64,000 nucleotides of DNA, taken from positions 66,320-130,319 of the forward strand of contig CAZFRA010000002.1 of NCBI GenBank assembly GCA_964521165.1, written 5' to 3'. Positions 9,310 through 18,964 of the stretch are shown here, in pieces. The stretch comes from an uncultured Lachnospiraceae bacterium (GTDB taxonomy: Bacteria; Bacillota; Clostridia; Christensenellales; UBA1242). The notes beneath the pieces were generated by a model, which was given only the letters and a program-made list of their open reading frames with translations, was not told the DNA's origin and ran no database searches. The position numbers and the translations under genes are program-made. Each line of letters opens with the position of its first letter. The stretch's first letter is position 1.

Positions 9310-11283
9310 ATGAGAAAGGATGTTAAATTTGAACTTATGAGTAAATATAGTCCAGCGGGCGACCAACCTGTTGCTATCAATAAACTTGTGGAAGGGCTTG
9401 AAGAAGGGTTTAAAGACCAAGTACTTTTGGGTGTGACTGGCTCTGGCAAAACCTTCACAATGGCAAATATTATTGCAAAAGTGAACAAACCAACTCTTGT
9501 TATTGCACATAACAAAACGCTTGCTGCTCAACTTTGCAATGAATTTCGCGAATTTTTTCCAAACAATCGTGTGGAATATTTTGTTTCGTATTATGACTAC
9601 TACCAACCAGAAGCATACATCGTTTCGTCGGACACATACATCGAAAAAGATATGAGTGTAAATGAGGATATCGATAAACTTCGTTCTTCTGCCACTTTTT
9701 CTTTATTGGAAAGAAGTGATGTTATTGTTGTGGCGTCCGTTTCGTGCATATACGGACTTGGTATTCCAGATGAATATATGAAACTTCACATTTCGATTAG
9801 ATTAGGCGAAGAATATGATCGCGACGAACTTATAAGCCAATTGATTCAAATTCAATATGCTCGCAACGATATCGACTTTAAGCGAACCACCTTTCGTGTT
9901 AAAGGTGACACCATTGATATTTTTCCGGCGAACCAATCAGAGAGTGCTATTAGAGTACGATTTTTTGGCGATGAGATTGAAAAAATTTACGAATTTGACC
10001 CCGTGACAGGTAATCTTTTGCGCGAACTAAACTATATTGCCATTTATCCAGCGACTCATTACGCTGTTGGCGGTGAGAGAATGAAAAACGCGCTCTCTCA
10101 AATTGAAGCGGACAGATTGAAAGCAATTGATGATTTTACAAAACAAGGAAAACCACTTGAAGCAGAAAGAATTGGACAGCGTGTGGCATATGACATTGAA
10201 ATGATGAGAGAAGTTGGATATTGCAGCGGAATTGAAAATTATTCGCGATATTTTGATGGACGAAAAAAGGGAGAGCCGCCATACACTCTTATTGACTACT
10301 TTCCAAGTGATTTTTTAACAATTATTGATGAGAGCCATATGACTATTCCGCAAATCAGGGCGATGTATAATGGCGACCAAGCGCGCAAAAAATCACTCGT
10401 TGAATATGGTTTTCGTTTGGAAGCGGCAAAGGATAATCGTCCACTCACTTTTAACGAATTTGAAAAGAAACTTAAACAAACAATATATGTTTCTGCCACG
10501 CCGGCAAAATACGAACTTGAAAAAGCGGGACAAGTTGTTGAACAGGTTATCCGACCGACCGGACTTCTCGACCCGACGATTGAAATCCGACCAATCAAAA
10601 ATCAAGTGGAAGTTTTGATGCAGGAATGCGAAAAGACAATCGCGCGCGGAGCAAGAATTTTGGTGACGACATTGACGAAAAAAATGGCGGAAAGTTTAAC
10701 GACATATCTTTCCGACCACTCATTTAAGGTGAAATATTTGCATAGCGAAATCGACACAATGGAGCGCGTGGAGATTATTAATGGACTCCGAAAAGGAGAG
10801 TTTGACATTATCGTCGGAATCAATCTTCTGCGCGAAGGTTTAGATATGCCAGAAGTGGAACTCGTTTGCATTTTGGATGCCGACAAAGAAGGTTTTTTGC
10901 GAAGCGAAGGTGCACTTATTCAAACGGTAGGACGCGTGGCGAGAAATGCTAATGGTAGAGTTATTATGTTTGCCGACACGATAACCGACAGTATGAAAAG
11001 GGCGATTGACGAAACCGCGCGTCGTCGAAAAATCCAAATGGAATACAACGAAAAGCACCATATCGTGCCAAAAACGATTATCAAGGAAATCAAAAATACC
11101 TTGGAGATTGGTAAGAAAGTGGATGAACACAATGTTCTTCGAAAGGATATTCCAACAGAAATCGACAGGCTGACTTCGATGATGAAAATCGCGTCATCTC
11201 AACTTGATTTTGAACGCGCGATTGAATTAAGAAACAGAATTGCCGTCTTAAAGAAAAGGCTTGGCAAAAAAGAAAACATTTAA
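9310..11283 (+). CDS. uvrB: Excinuclease ABC subunit B
   Basis: 657 aa. The N-terminus [23 protein letters not shown] is canonical for UvrB. Also present: Walker [11 protein letters not shown], helicase motifs, and the C-terminal UVR motif [16 protein letters not shown]. Confidence 0.97.
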   Translation: MRKDVKFELMSKYSPAGDQPVAINKLVEGLEEGFKDQVLLGVTGSGKTFTMANIIAKVNKPTLVIAHNKTLAAQLCNEFREFFPNNRVEYFVSYYDYYQPEAYIVSSDTYIEKDMSVNEDIDKLRSSATFSLLERSDVIVVASVSCIYGLGIPDEYMKLHISIRLGEEYDRDELISQLIQIQYARNDIDFKRTTFRVKGDTIDIFPANQSESAIRVRFFGDEIEKIYEFDPVTGNLLRELNYIAIYPATHYAVGGERMKNALSQIEADRLKAIDDFTKQGKPLEAERIGQRVAYDIEMMREVGYCSGIENYSRYFDGRKKGEPPYTLIDYFPSDFLTIIDESHMTIPQIRAMYNGDQARKKSLVEYGFRLEAAKDNRPLTFNEFEKKLKQTIYVSATPAKYELEKAGQVVEQVIRPTGLLDPTIEIRPIKNQVEVLMQECEKTIARGARILVTTLTKKMAESLTTYLSDHSFKVKYLHSEIDTMERVEIINGLRKGEFDIIVGINLLREGLDMPEVELVCILDADKEGFLRSEGALIQTVGRVARNANGRVIMFADTITDSMKRAIDETARRRKIQMEYNEKHHIVPKTIIKEIKNTLEIGKKVDEHNVLRKDIPTEIDRLTSMMKIASSQLDFERAIELRNRIAVLKKRLGKKENI

Positions 11284-11311
11284 AAAAATGAAAGGGCAAA
11301 GCGATAAATAT

Positions 11312-11340
11312 TTGTTATCTTTCGCTTTTTGTGGTATAAT
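11312..11340 (+). promoter_or_regulatory. SigA-type promoter TTGTTA-17-TGgTATAAT ending 7 nt before the uvrA ATG
   Basis: -35 TTGTTA at 11312-11317, a 17-nt spacer, TG at 11332-11333, and TATAAT at 11335-11340. The ATG is at 11348 and there is no SD. Confidence 0.6.
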
Positions 11341-11347
11341 TTTTAAT

Positions 11348-14164
11348 ATGAAAGACGAAATTGTTATCAAAGGTGCAAGGGAAAATAACTTAAAAAACAT
11401 CAACTTAACCCTGCCGAGAAATAAATTTATTGTTTTCACAGGCGTCAGTGGCTCAGGCAAGACTTCACTTGCTTTTGGCACGATTTTTGCCGAAGGACAA
11501 AGGAAGTATATGGAGAGTTTGTCTTCATATGCTCGTATGTTTTTGGGGCAAAGTCAAAAACCAGATGTTGATTCAATCGAAGGACTTTCTCCAGCAATTT
11601 CTATCGACCAAAAAACCACCAATCACAATCCGCGCTCCACTGTCGGCACGGTTACGGAAATATACGACTATTTCCGTTTACTTTTTGCCAACATCGGAAC
11701 GCCGTATTGTCCAAACTGTCATAAACCAATCAAACAACAAACAATTGACCAAATTGTTGACGGCATTAAGGCCTATGGCGAAGGGACAAAAGTTTCCATT
11801 TTGGCGCCAGTTGTTCACGATCAGAAGGGAACCTTTCAAAACCTTTTGGAAAGTTTGAAACGAAGTGGTTATGCGCGTGTTGAAGTTGACGGCAACACCT
11901 TTTTATTGGAAGACGAAATAAACCTTGATAAAAACGTTCGTCATAACATCAATGTAATTGTCGACAGAATTTCCATTAAAGAAGGGAAAGATACTCGACT
12001 TGCAGGAAGTGTGGAAAGTGCTTTGAAACTTGCTGAAGGTCTGGTTGTGGCAAAAACGGAAGATAAGGAAGAATTGTTTTCGATAAACTATGCTTGTCCA
12101 ACTTGCGGTTGGGCGTTAGGTGAAATTACGCCGCGTTTATTTTCTTTTAACGCACCTTATGGCGCTTGTCCAACTTGTTTGGGACTCGGCTACACCACCG
12201 ATATCGATGAAAGGTCGGTTTTGAAATATTCCAATCTTTCCATACGACAGGGTGCATTTGATATAACAGGCTGGAAATTTTCGGCGGGTGGAATGGCAAG
12301 AGCATATTTTGAAGCGCTTTCAAAAAAATATGATATTTCACTTGATATTCCAGTTGCAGAACTTGAAAAGGATAAGATTAAAATTTTGCTGTATGGCACT
12401 GGCAAGGAAGAAATTGAACTTATTCTTTCCAACGAAAAAAATGACAAAGTTGTGAAGGCAACTTTTGAAGGTATTGTCAATAATTTACGTCGAAGATATA
12501 ATGAAACAAATAACGAATGGGTGAAATTTGAAATAAACCGCTTTATGCGCGAACAAGATTGTCCGACTTGCCACGGCAAAAGACTCAACGAAAGTGCGTT
12601 GTCCATAAAAATCAACGGAAAAGATATTTTTGATTTTTGCAATCAGAGTGTGAAAAATTTACTTCCAACAATTTGTGGGTTAAAACTCGACAAAACAAAA
12701 GAAAAAATTGCTGAACCGATTGTGAAGGAAATTCATAACCGCTTGCAATTTTTGGACGATGTTGGATTGGGTTATCTCACTTTGACACGCTCGGCAGAAA
12801 CATTGTCTGGTGGCGAATCACAAAGAATTCGTTTGGCAACCCAAATCGGTAGTGGTCTTGTTGGTGTTTTGTATATTTTGGATGAACCATCTATCGGTCT
12901 TCATCAACGCGACAACGAAAAACTTTTGCGAACACTCAAAAATCTCAAAGATTTGGGCAACACTTTGATTGTTGTTGAGCACGACGAAGACACTATTCGC
13001 TCGGCTGACTATTTGGTTGATGTCGGGCCTTATGCCGGTGTAAACGGTGGCGAAATTGTAGCATCCGGCACTGTCGAAGAAGTTAAAAAATGTAAAGATT
13101 CTGTCACTGCCAAATTTTTGCGTGGTGAAGATAAGATTGAAGTGCCAAAAACGCGCCGAAAACCGAAAGATTTTATCGAAATTGTTGGTGCGAAAGAGAA
13201 CAATCTTAAAAATATCAATGTAAAAATCCCAACAGGTGTTTTCACCGCGGTCACTGGCGTGTCGGGTAGTGGTAAAAGTTCACTTATCAACCGAATCCTT
13301 TTTCCATACCTTTCAAACATCTTGAATAATTCCAAACTTCCACTTGGAAATTGCAAAAACATCAAAAATTTTGAAGTTTTGGATAAGGTTATCAACATCG
13401 ACCAAGCACCGATTGGCAGAACGCCAAGAAGTAATCCAGCCACTTATACAGGTGTTTTCACAGCAATAAGAGAACTTTTTGCTTCCACAATCGACGCTAA
13501 GGTGCGCGGTTATAACGCTGGGCGATTTTCCTTTAATGTGAAAGGTGGGCGATGCGAAGCGTGTGAAGGCGCAGGTGTCAAAGAAATTGAAATGTATTTC
13601 TTGCCGGATATCACGGTGCCGTGCGAAATATGCAAGGGCAAGAGATATAACCGAGAAACATTAGAAGTGAAATATAAAGGCAAAACGATAAGCGATGTTT
13701 TGGATATGACAGTGGAAGAAGCACTGAAATTTTTTGAAAACATTCCTTCCATAACCAACAAATTGCAATCGCTTTACGACGTCGGGCTTTCTTATATCAA
13801 ACTTGGGCAACCAGCCACCGAACTTTCGGGCGGTGAAGCACAGAGAGTTAAACTTGCCACTGAACTTTCCAAGCGTGAAACCGGCAAAACGATGTATATT
13901 TTGGACGAGCCAACAACCGGGCTCCATATATATGATATCAAAAAACTGATTAAAATTCTAAACAGGCTTATCGGCAACGGTAACTCAGTGATTGTGATTG
14001 AACACAATTTAGATGTCATCAAATGTGCAGACTATGTGATAGATTTAGGGCCGGAAGGCGGCGATGACGGCGGAACAGTTGTTATCACTGGCACACCAGA
14101 GCGTGTAGCGAAATGCAAAGAAAGTTATACTGGTCAATTTTTGAGAAAAATATTAAATTCGTAA
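11348..14164 (+). CDS. uvrA: Excinuclease ABC subunit A
   Basis: The N-terminus MKDEIVIKGARENNLKNINL matches the canonical UvrA start. There are two ABC modules (GVSGSGKTSLAF and GVSGSGKSSLIN; LSGGESQR and LSGGEAQR) and zinc-finger Cys pairs (CPNC, CPTC, CEAC...CEIC). The 29 codons that the track adds upstream fall in the promoter region and were dropped. Confidence 0.97.
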   Translation: MKDEIVIKGARENNLKNINLTLPRNKFIVFTGVSGSGKTSLAFGTIFAEGQRKYMESLSSYARMFLGQSQKPDVDSIEGLSPAISIDQKTTNHNPRSTVGTVTEIYDYFRLLFANIGTPYCPNCHKPIKQQTIDQIVDGIKAYGEGTKVSILAPVVHDQKGTFQNLLESLKRSGYARVEVDGNTFLLEDEINLDKNVRHNINVIVDRISIKEGKDTRLAGSVESALKLAEGLVVAKTEDKEELFSINYACPTCGWALGEITPRLFSFNAPYGACPTCLGLGYTTDIDERSVLKYSNLSIRQGAFDITGWKFSAGGMARAYFEALSKKYDISLDIPVAELEKDKIKILLYGTGKEEIELILSNEKNDKVVKATFEGIVNNLRRRYNETNNEWVKFEINRFMREQDCPTCHGKRLNESALSIKINGKDIFDFCNQSVKNLLPTICGLKLDKTKEKIAEPIVKEIHNRLQFLDDVGLGYLTLTRSAETLSGGESQRIRLATQIGSGLVGVLYILDEPSIGLHQRDNEKLLRTLKNLKDLGNTLIVVEHDEDTIRSADYLVDVGPYAGVNGGEIVASGTVEEVKKCKDSVTAKFLRGEDKIEVPKTRRKPKDFIEIVGAKENNLKNINVKIPTGVFTAVTGVSGSGKSSLINRILFPYLSNILNNSKLPLGNCKNIKNFEVLDKVINIDQAPIGRTPRSNPATYTGVFTAIRELFASTIDAKVRGYNAGRFSFNVKGGRCEACEGAGVKEIEMYFLPDITVPCEICKGKRYNRETLEVKYKGKTISDVLDMTVEEALKFFENIPSITNKLQSLYDVGLSYIKLGQPATELSGGEAQRVKLATELSKRETGKTMYILDEPTTGLHIYDIKKLIKILNRLIGNGNSVIVIEHNLDVIKCADYVIDLGPEGGDDGGTVVITGTPERVAKCKESYTGQFLRKILNS

Positions 14165-14173
14165 GGAGTTATT

Positions 14174-14956
14174 TTGAGAGTTTTTAATTTGTCATCGGGC
14201 AGCGACGGAAATGCCACATATATTGAAACTGAACATTCACGCATTTTGGTGGATGATGGTATTTCGTGTTCTGAAACAATCAAACGACTTGACCTTATCG
14301 GTGTTAAAGGAAACGACCTTGATGCCATTATTGTCACTCACGAGCATAGCGACCACATCAAAGGCATACAAGTTTTATCCAAAAAATTCAATATTCCAGT
14401 CTATGCGCATAATGATGTTTGGCAAGGGCTCTATCCAAAACTTGCTAATTTGAAAGAAGAAAATCTTCGAGTTTTTACTGGAGATTTTGAAATAAAAGAT
14501 TTATTTATCTCGCCAGTTGAAATTCCGCACGATGTCAAATGCTTTGGTTTTTCAATAGAAAATGGGCAAAACAAAATCAGTTTGCTTACAGATTTAGGTC
14601 ACACAACCGATAAAATATTTGAAAGCGTGAAGGGAAGTCGGTTAATATATTTAGAAGCAAATCACGACCTTGCAATGCTTCAAAAATGCGAAAAATATCC
14701 ACTTTCGCTCAAAATGCGTATTGCCGGCAAAAATGGTCATTTGTCCAATGATGCATCTGCTGAATTTTCTGAAAAATTGATTTTGAGTGGCACACGACAA
14801 ATTGTGTTGTCGCATTTAAGTAAAGAAAACAACACACCAGAACTTGCCTATTCTTCCATATCACAAAAATTGGCAGAAAAAGGACTGCTTGAAGGGGAAC
14901 ATATGCGAATTGATGTTGCCACCACCGAACCAGTCCGAATTTTTCGTCTTAAATAG
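14174..14956 (+). CDS. MBL-fold metallo-hydrolase (YycJ/WalJ-like)
   Basis: 260 aa. Contains LSSGSDGNATYIE and the HEHSDH metallo-beta-lactamase motif. AAGGAG SD lies at 14162-14167 and the start codon is TTG. The 3' end overlaps the convergent radC paralog by 8 nt. Confidence 0.85.
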   Translation: MRVFNLSSGSDGNATYIETEHSRILVDDGISCSETIKRLDLIGVKGNDLDAIIVTHEHSDHIKGIQVLSKKFNIPVYAHNDVWQGLYPKLANLKEENLRVFTGDFEIKDLFISPVEIPHDVKCFGFSIENGQNKISLLTDLGHTTDKIFESVKGSRLIYLEANHDLAMLQKCEKYPLSLKMRIAGKNGHLSNDASAEFSEKLILSGTRQIVLSHLSKENNTPELAYSSISQKLAEKGLLEGEHMRIDVATTEPVRIFRLK

Positions 14957-15683
14957 ATTCTCGATTGTTAATTCTTGTAATTTTATATTTCCTTAAAAAT
15001 GCTTTTCTATTTTGGCTGTAAATTCCGTCACTTCCGACCACTAGACTATCGATAAGGTTGGCACCAAACATTGCAAGCGCTTTTTCAATTGCTTTCTGTG
15101 CAGAAAAATCATCCGGCGAAGGAAGACTTATTCCACCGGGATGATTGTGTGCGACAAGAAAATGTTTAACGCTGTTTGACAAAAGCATATCATAAAACTC
15201 AAACAAATTTAGGTATGATGCATCCACAAGACGAGATTCCAAAATTTTTCTACTAACCAAATTATAACTTATGTCAAATGCAAATATCAGCACATTTTCG
15301 GTGTTTTTGTAACGAATTAGATTTTCTATTATATTCAAAATTTCTTCTGTGTTGTCAAGATTTAACTTCTTGTCCAGTTTGCTGGTGGTGTAGTATTGCA
15401 TAACCGATGCGAAGAGTTTTATTTTTTGCGCGCTTCTCTCGTTTATTCCTTTCACCTTCATAAGTTCGTTTTTGCTGGCATCAATAATGTTGGCGAAGTT
15501 GCCAAAGCGGTCTAAAAGGCGGTGTGCAAGCGGATTTACATCACCGCGCGGAAAAATATATGTTAGAAAAAATTCGACTGCTTGAATTTTGCTGACATTA
15601 TCAATTCCAGATTTTTCCACAAGGCTACAAAGTCTTATCCTGTGTCCGCTGTGGTCAACATCATTTTGGTTTTGTTTTGGCAT
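14949..15683 (-). CDS. radC: RadC-family protein (HhH plus JAB domain), paralog 2
   Basis: 244 aa. Contains HSGHRIRL, VKGINERSAQKI and LVAHNHPGGISLPSPDD. It shares the block LTYIFPRGDVNPLAHRLLD with paralog 1. It starts 11 nt after the fba stop on the same strand. Confidence 0.85.
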   Translation of the reverse strand: MPKQNQNDVDHSGHRIRLCSLVEKSGIDNVSKIQAVEFFLTYIFPRGDVNPLAHRLLDRFGNFANIIDASKNELMKVKGINERSAQKIKLFASVMQYYTTSKLDKKLNLDNTEEILNIIENLIRYKNTENVLIFAFDISYNLVSRKILESRLVDASYLNLFEFYDMLLSNSVKHFLVAHNHPGGISLPSPDDFSAQKAIEKALAMFGANLIDSLVVGSDGIYSQNRKAFLRKYKITRINNRESI

Positions 15684-15694
15684 TTTTCTTCCCT

Positions 15695-16615
15695 TTAAAT
15701 TTTATCCGCTGAATTATTTACAGTCTTGTTTCTTTTTGCAATATAATCGGCAATTTCTTGGATTGCCAATTTATTAAATTTTCTTAAATCAATATTTTCG
15801 GCGTGTTCGTTTAAATGTTTTCTCAAAACAGCGAAATAAACCAAACGGATATCGGTGTCGGTATTAATTTTGAAAATATTATGCTTTGTGGATGCTTCCA
15901 ACAAAAGCTTTTCATTCACACCCTTCGCGTTGGTGACTTTTCCGCCGTTCTTATTAATTGTTTCCACATATTTTTGCGGAACAGTGGATGCACCGTGAAG
16001 CACGAGTGGATAATTTGGAAGTTTTTCTTCAATTTTTGAAAGAATATCAAAACGGAGCGATGCGTCATCTTTAAATTTATAAGCACCGTGACTTGTTCCA
16101 ATGGCAACTGCAAGGCTGTCACAGCCAGTTCGGTCGACAAAAGTTTTGGCATCCTCAGGATTTGTGAAGATGTTGTTTTCTGCACTTACCAAATCTTCCA
16201 CGCCGGCCAGCACACCAAGTTCGGCTTCAACCAAAACATTTTTTCTGTGTGCGTAATCGACCACTTTTTTGGTTAGGGCGATATTTTCTTCAAACGGAAG
16301 ACTGCTGCCGTCAATCATAACCGAATCAAAACCCATATCCACTGCTTTTTTGCATATTTCAAAACTCTTGCCGTGGTCAAGATGTAAGAAAAGTGGAAGG
16401 TGATAGTGGTTTTTAACTGCCTGAATGGTTGGCAAAACAAAATCTTCGCCTAGATACGAAAATGCACCTTCGCTTATTCCCAAAATGCAAGGAGAATTGC
16501 TTTTTTGACACCCTTCGCAAATACCTTTCAACATTTCCAAGTTGACAAAGTTATAAGCGCCGAGAGAATATCTTTTTTTTATGCTATCTTGCATATAAAA
16601 TTTTAAGTCTTTCAT
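15695..16615 (-). CDS. fba: Class II fructose/tagatose-bisphosphate aldolase
   Basis: Motifs: LGAYNFVNLE, PCILGISEGA, LHLDHGKS, AIGTSHGAYKF, LVLHGAS. Start chosen at MKDLKF (16615), which has an AGGAG SD on the minus strand at ~16622-16626. The track's longer 16681 start has no SD. Confidence 0.9.
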   Translation of the reverse strand: MKDLKFYMQDSIKKRYSLGAYNFVNLEMLKGICEGCQKSNSPCILGISEGAFSYLGEDFVLPTIQAVKNHYHLPLFLHLDHGKSFEICKKAVDMGFDSVMIDGSSLPFEENIALTKKVVDYAHRKNVLVEAELGVLAGVEDLVSAENNIFTNPEDAKTFVDRTGCDSLAVAIGTSHGAYKFKDDASLRFDILSKIEEKLPNYPLVLHGASTVPQKYVETINKNGGKVTNAKGVNEKLLLEASTKHNIFKINTDTDIRLVYFAVLRKHLNEHAENIDLRKFNKLAIQEIADYIAKRNKTVNNSADKI

Positions 16616-16715
16616 TTTAATACTCCTAAATTTCGCGGTTAACAGACATATTTTAACACATTTTTTCTTTTTTACCAACATAAATTGTATTAAAATTCAT
16701 TTAAAGGAGAGAAAA

Positions 16716-17381
16716 ATGTTTAAGAAAGTTTTTTTAATGTGTAGTATTATCGCTGTTGGTGTGATGGTGACGGGCTGCGGTTTCACGCTTAACAATGTCG
16801 TTTTGGAGAATATGTCGGAAATAACGAAGGAATTTTATATCGGTGAAAGTGATGATTTCTATGTCACTTTGAGTGTTGGCGAGAGAGAAAGCGATTTTCG
16901 ATACAATGGTGAGAGTACGGAAAATGTGGAAAAGGCGCTTTTGAGTATAAAGTTTAACGAGTCGTTGAATAAAAATGTTATTTGGATTCAAGTGGCAAGT
17001 GGCGAAAATTCGGTGCAGGTGGAAGCATTCTATAACGAATTAAGTGAGCGTTATATGGTTGACTTAATCGACGAAATTGAAATAGGTGACACCGTATTTG
17101 TTAACTATGATGGCTCGGTTGCTGAACTCGAAAAAGTTTCTGCTGACTTCAACATTCAATACGATGAGGCAATCTCAATCGCTTGCGAAAATCTTCAATC
17201 GGAACTAAGTGCCTTAAAAAGTTTTTCGCATTTTAATGGTGAGTGTTATCTAATTGTGTTAAGCCAAAAAGAAAACAATTTTGATGAACTCTATTGGGTC
17301 TTCACCTGTATTCCTTTGGACGGCGAAAACTTTTCCATTATCATTTCAACTTCAGACGGCAGTGTGATTATGCAATCGTGA
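16716..17381 (+). CDS. Lipoprotein of unknown function
   Basis: The signal peptide with lipobox is MFKKVFLMCSIIAVGVMVTGC. A GGAGAG SD lies upstream. No recognisable domain was found. Confidence 0.7.
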   Translation: MFKKVFLMCSIIAVGVMVTGCGFTLNNVVLENMSEITKEFYIGESDDFYVTLSVGERESDFRYNGESTENVEKALLSIKFNESLNKNVIWIQVASGENSVQVEAFYNELSERYMVDLIDEIEIGDTVFVNYDGSVAELEKVSADFNIQYDEAISIACENLQSELSALKSFSHFNGECYLIVLSQKENNFDELYWVFTCIPLDGENFSIIISTSDGSVIMQS

Positions 17382-17423
17382 TGAACATAAAAAAATATAA
17401 AAAAACATAAAAAAATTCATAAA

Positions 17424-17458
17424 AACAACAAATTTAGTATAAAAGTTTGTTGTTTTTT
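17424..17458 (+). terminator. Intrinsic terminator of the lipoprotein gene, overlapping the -35 of the hflX promoter
   Basis: AACAACAAA-(13 nt)-TTTGTTGTT forms the stem, followed by TTTT. Confidence 0.6.
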
Positions 17459-17475
17459 ATGTTTTATGTTATAAT
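17447..17475 (+). promoter_or_regulatory. SigA-type promoter TTGTTG-17-TGtTATAAT ending 5 nt before the hflX ATG
   Basis: -35 at 17447-17452, TG at 17467-17468, and TATAAT at 17470-17475. The ATG is at 17481 and there is no SD. Confidence 0.6.
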
Positions 17476-17480
17476 CAACT

Positions 17481-18557
17481 ATGGCTAAAATGTTTGAAAA
17501 TAATGTGATTGAACAAGAAAAAGCAGTTATCTTTTGTCCTATCGAAAATGAGCAGGATAAATCTTTTCAATTTTCCGAAATTGAACGTTTGTGCACATCT
17601 GCAAATTTGCAAGTGTGTCAAATTTTTCATCAAAATATGCGCGCATTTAATCGTCGAACGGTCATTGGCGAAGGAAAACTGAAAGAAATTAAAGATTATG
17701 TTGAGAAAAACGATATTGAAGTTCTTGTTGTTGATTTTAAATTGACGGGTTCGCAATTAAGAAATTTGACAGAAGAGTTAGGCATCAAAGTGCTGGACAG
17801 AATTTTGCTTATTATCGACATATTTGCACTTAATGCCAAGTCGAACGAAGGTAAAATTGAAGTTAAACTTGCGCAAAATAAATATCTTTTAACACGCCTT
17901 TCCTCAATGCAGGGAAGCTTTGGTCGTTTTGGTGGCGCCGGTGTTGGTATGCGCGGGCCGGGCGAAACAAAACTTGAACTTGATAGGCGAAAATTGGAAG
18001 AAGAAATTCGCTTGCTAGAAAAAGAAATTGTGAAAATAAGAAATACTCGCAAACAAAATCGATTGTCAAGGAAAAAATCGGGGATAAAAAATGTTGTAAT
18101 TGGCGGATATACCAATGCTGGAAAAAGTTCACTTTTCAACCTTTTGACGAAGGATGATATTTATGTGAAAGATAAACTTTTTGCCACTTTGGACACGACT
18201 TGCCGACGTATGTTTTTAGATAACGGATATTGTATTTTGACAGATACGGTTGGTTTTATCAGCAAGCTTCCACACGAACTTGTCGAGAGTTTTGCGTCTA
18301 CTTTGGAAGAGATTAAGGATGCCGATTTAATCCTTCACGTTGTCGACCTTTCTGATGAGAATTATGAGCGCAATATCCAAATTACGAATGAAATTCTTGA
18401 CGATGCTGGAGCAACCAAAAACCGTTTAATTATTTTAAACAAAGTCGACTTGGTTAAAAAACCTTTTGAGATTAAGGAAAACCAAATTCCATTTTCAGTT
18501 AAGAATAAAACGAATTTGGAAAAATTAAAAAACGAAATAAAAAATCGCCTTTTTTAG
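17481..18557 (+). CDS. hflX: GTPase HflX
   Basis: The HflX N-domain is IGEGKLKEIKDYV...LTGSQLRNLTEELGIKVLDRILLIIDIFALNA. GTPase motifs are G1 GYTNAGKSSLFN, G3 DTVGFI and G4 LNKVD. Confidence 0.9.
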   Translation: MAKMFENNVIEQEKAVIFCPIENEQDKSFQFSEIERLCTSANLQVCQIFHQNMRAFNRRTVIGEGKLKEIKDYVEKNDIEVLVVDFKLTGSQLRNLTEELGIKVLDRILLIIDIFALNAKSNEGKIEVKLAQNKYLLTRLSSMQGSFGRFGGAGVGMRGPGETKLELDRRKLEEEIRLLEKEIVKIRNTRKQNRLSRKKSGIKNVVIGGYTNAGKSSLFNLLTKDDIYVKDKLFATLDTTCRRMFLDNGYCILTDTVGFISKLPHELVESFASTLEEIKDADLILHVVDLSDENYERNIQITNEILDDAGATKNRLIILNKVDLVKKPFEIKENQIPFSVKNKTNLEKLKNEIKNRLF

Positions 18558-18568
18558 CGATTTTTTTT
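18541..18568 (+). terminator. Intrinsic terminator overlapping the hflX stop codon
   Basis: AAATCGC-(8 nt)-GCGATTT followed by a T-run. Confidence 0.55.
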
Positions 18569-18607
18569 GTTTTTTTGCTTAATTTTTGTGATTTTTGATT
18601 TTTAGGT

Positions 18608-18817
18608 TTATTTTTTCACTTTCTCATTAAGTTTTTGAAGAACAAAGTCTGCATCCACGCCGTGTACAAGACACGCTTCTTCCACAGTTTCCATTTGGCT
18701 AACTGGGCAGGAGATGCAATGCATACCAAAACCTAAAAATACTTCGGCAAGGTTCTCGTCAATGCTTAAAACTTCACTTATTGTCATATCTTTGTTTATC
18801 TTTTCTTCTTTTTTCAT
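18608..18817 (-). CDS. DUF1858-type small redox-disulfide protein (hybrid-cluster-protein-associated domain family)
   Basis: MTISEVLSIDENLAEVFLGFGMHCISCPVSQMETVEEACLVHGVD shows the family's CxxC and layout. Start placed at MKKEEK (18817) with AAAGGAG 7 nt upstream. Confidence 0.7.
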   Translation of the reverse strand: MKKEEKINKDMTISEVLSIDENLAEVFLGFGMHCISCPVSQMETVEEACLVHGVDADFVLQKLNEKVKK

Positions 18818-18964
18818 TTGAAACTCCTTTAACTTTCTCATTTTAGCACACATCTTTAATAAAAGTCAATTACGCCATCAAAAAGTATGGCAAAATTTGT
18901 CTAATTTTGTTGATAGATAATTTTTTTGTATAGTGTGTCATATTTTTATTTCAAGGGGTGAAGT

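Noticed and set aside
11261-11347. N-terminal extensions offered by the ORF track for uvrA, and likewise valS 57199-57408, fba 16616-16681, pnp 50039-50077, rpsO 49724-49759, DUF488 41664-41711 and YhhN-ADH 53450-53455
   Set aside because: The extensions are not homologous to known N-termini, and they overlap promoters, terminators or neighbouring genes. Better starts exist, either with SD sequences or with leaderless -10 boxes.
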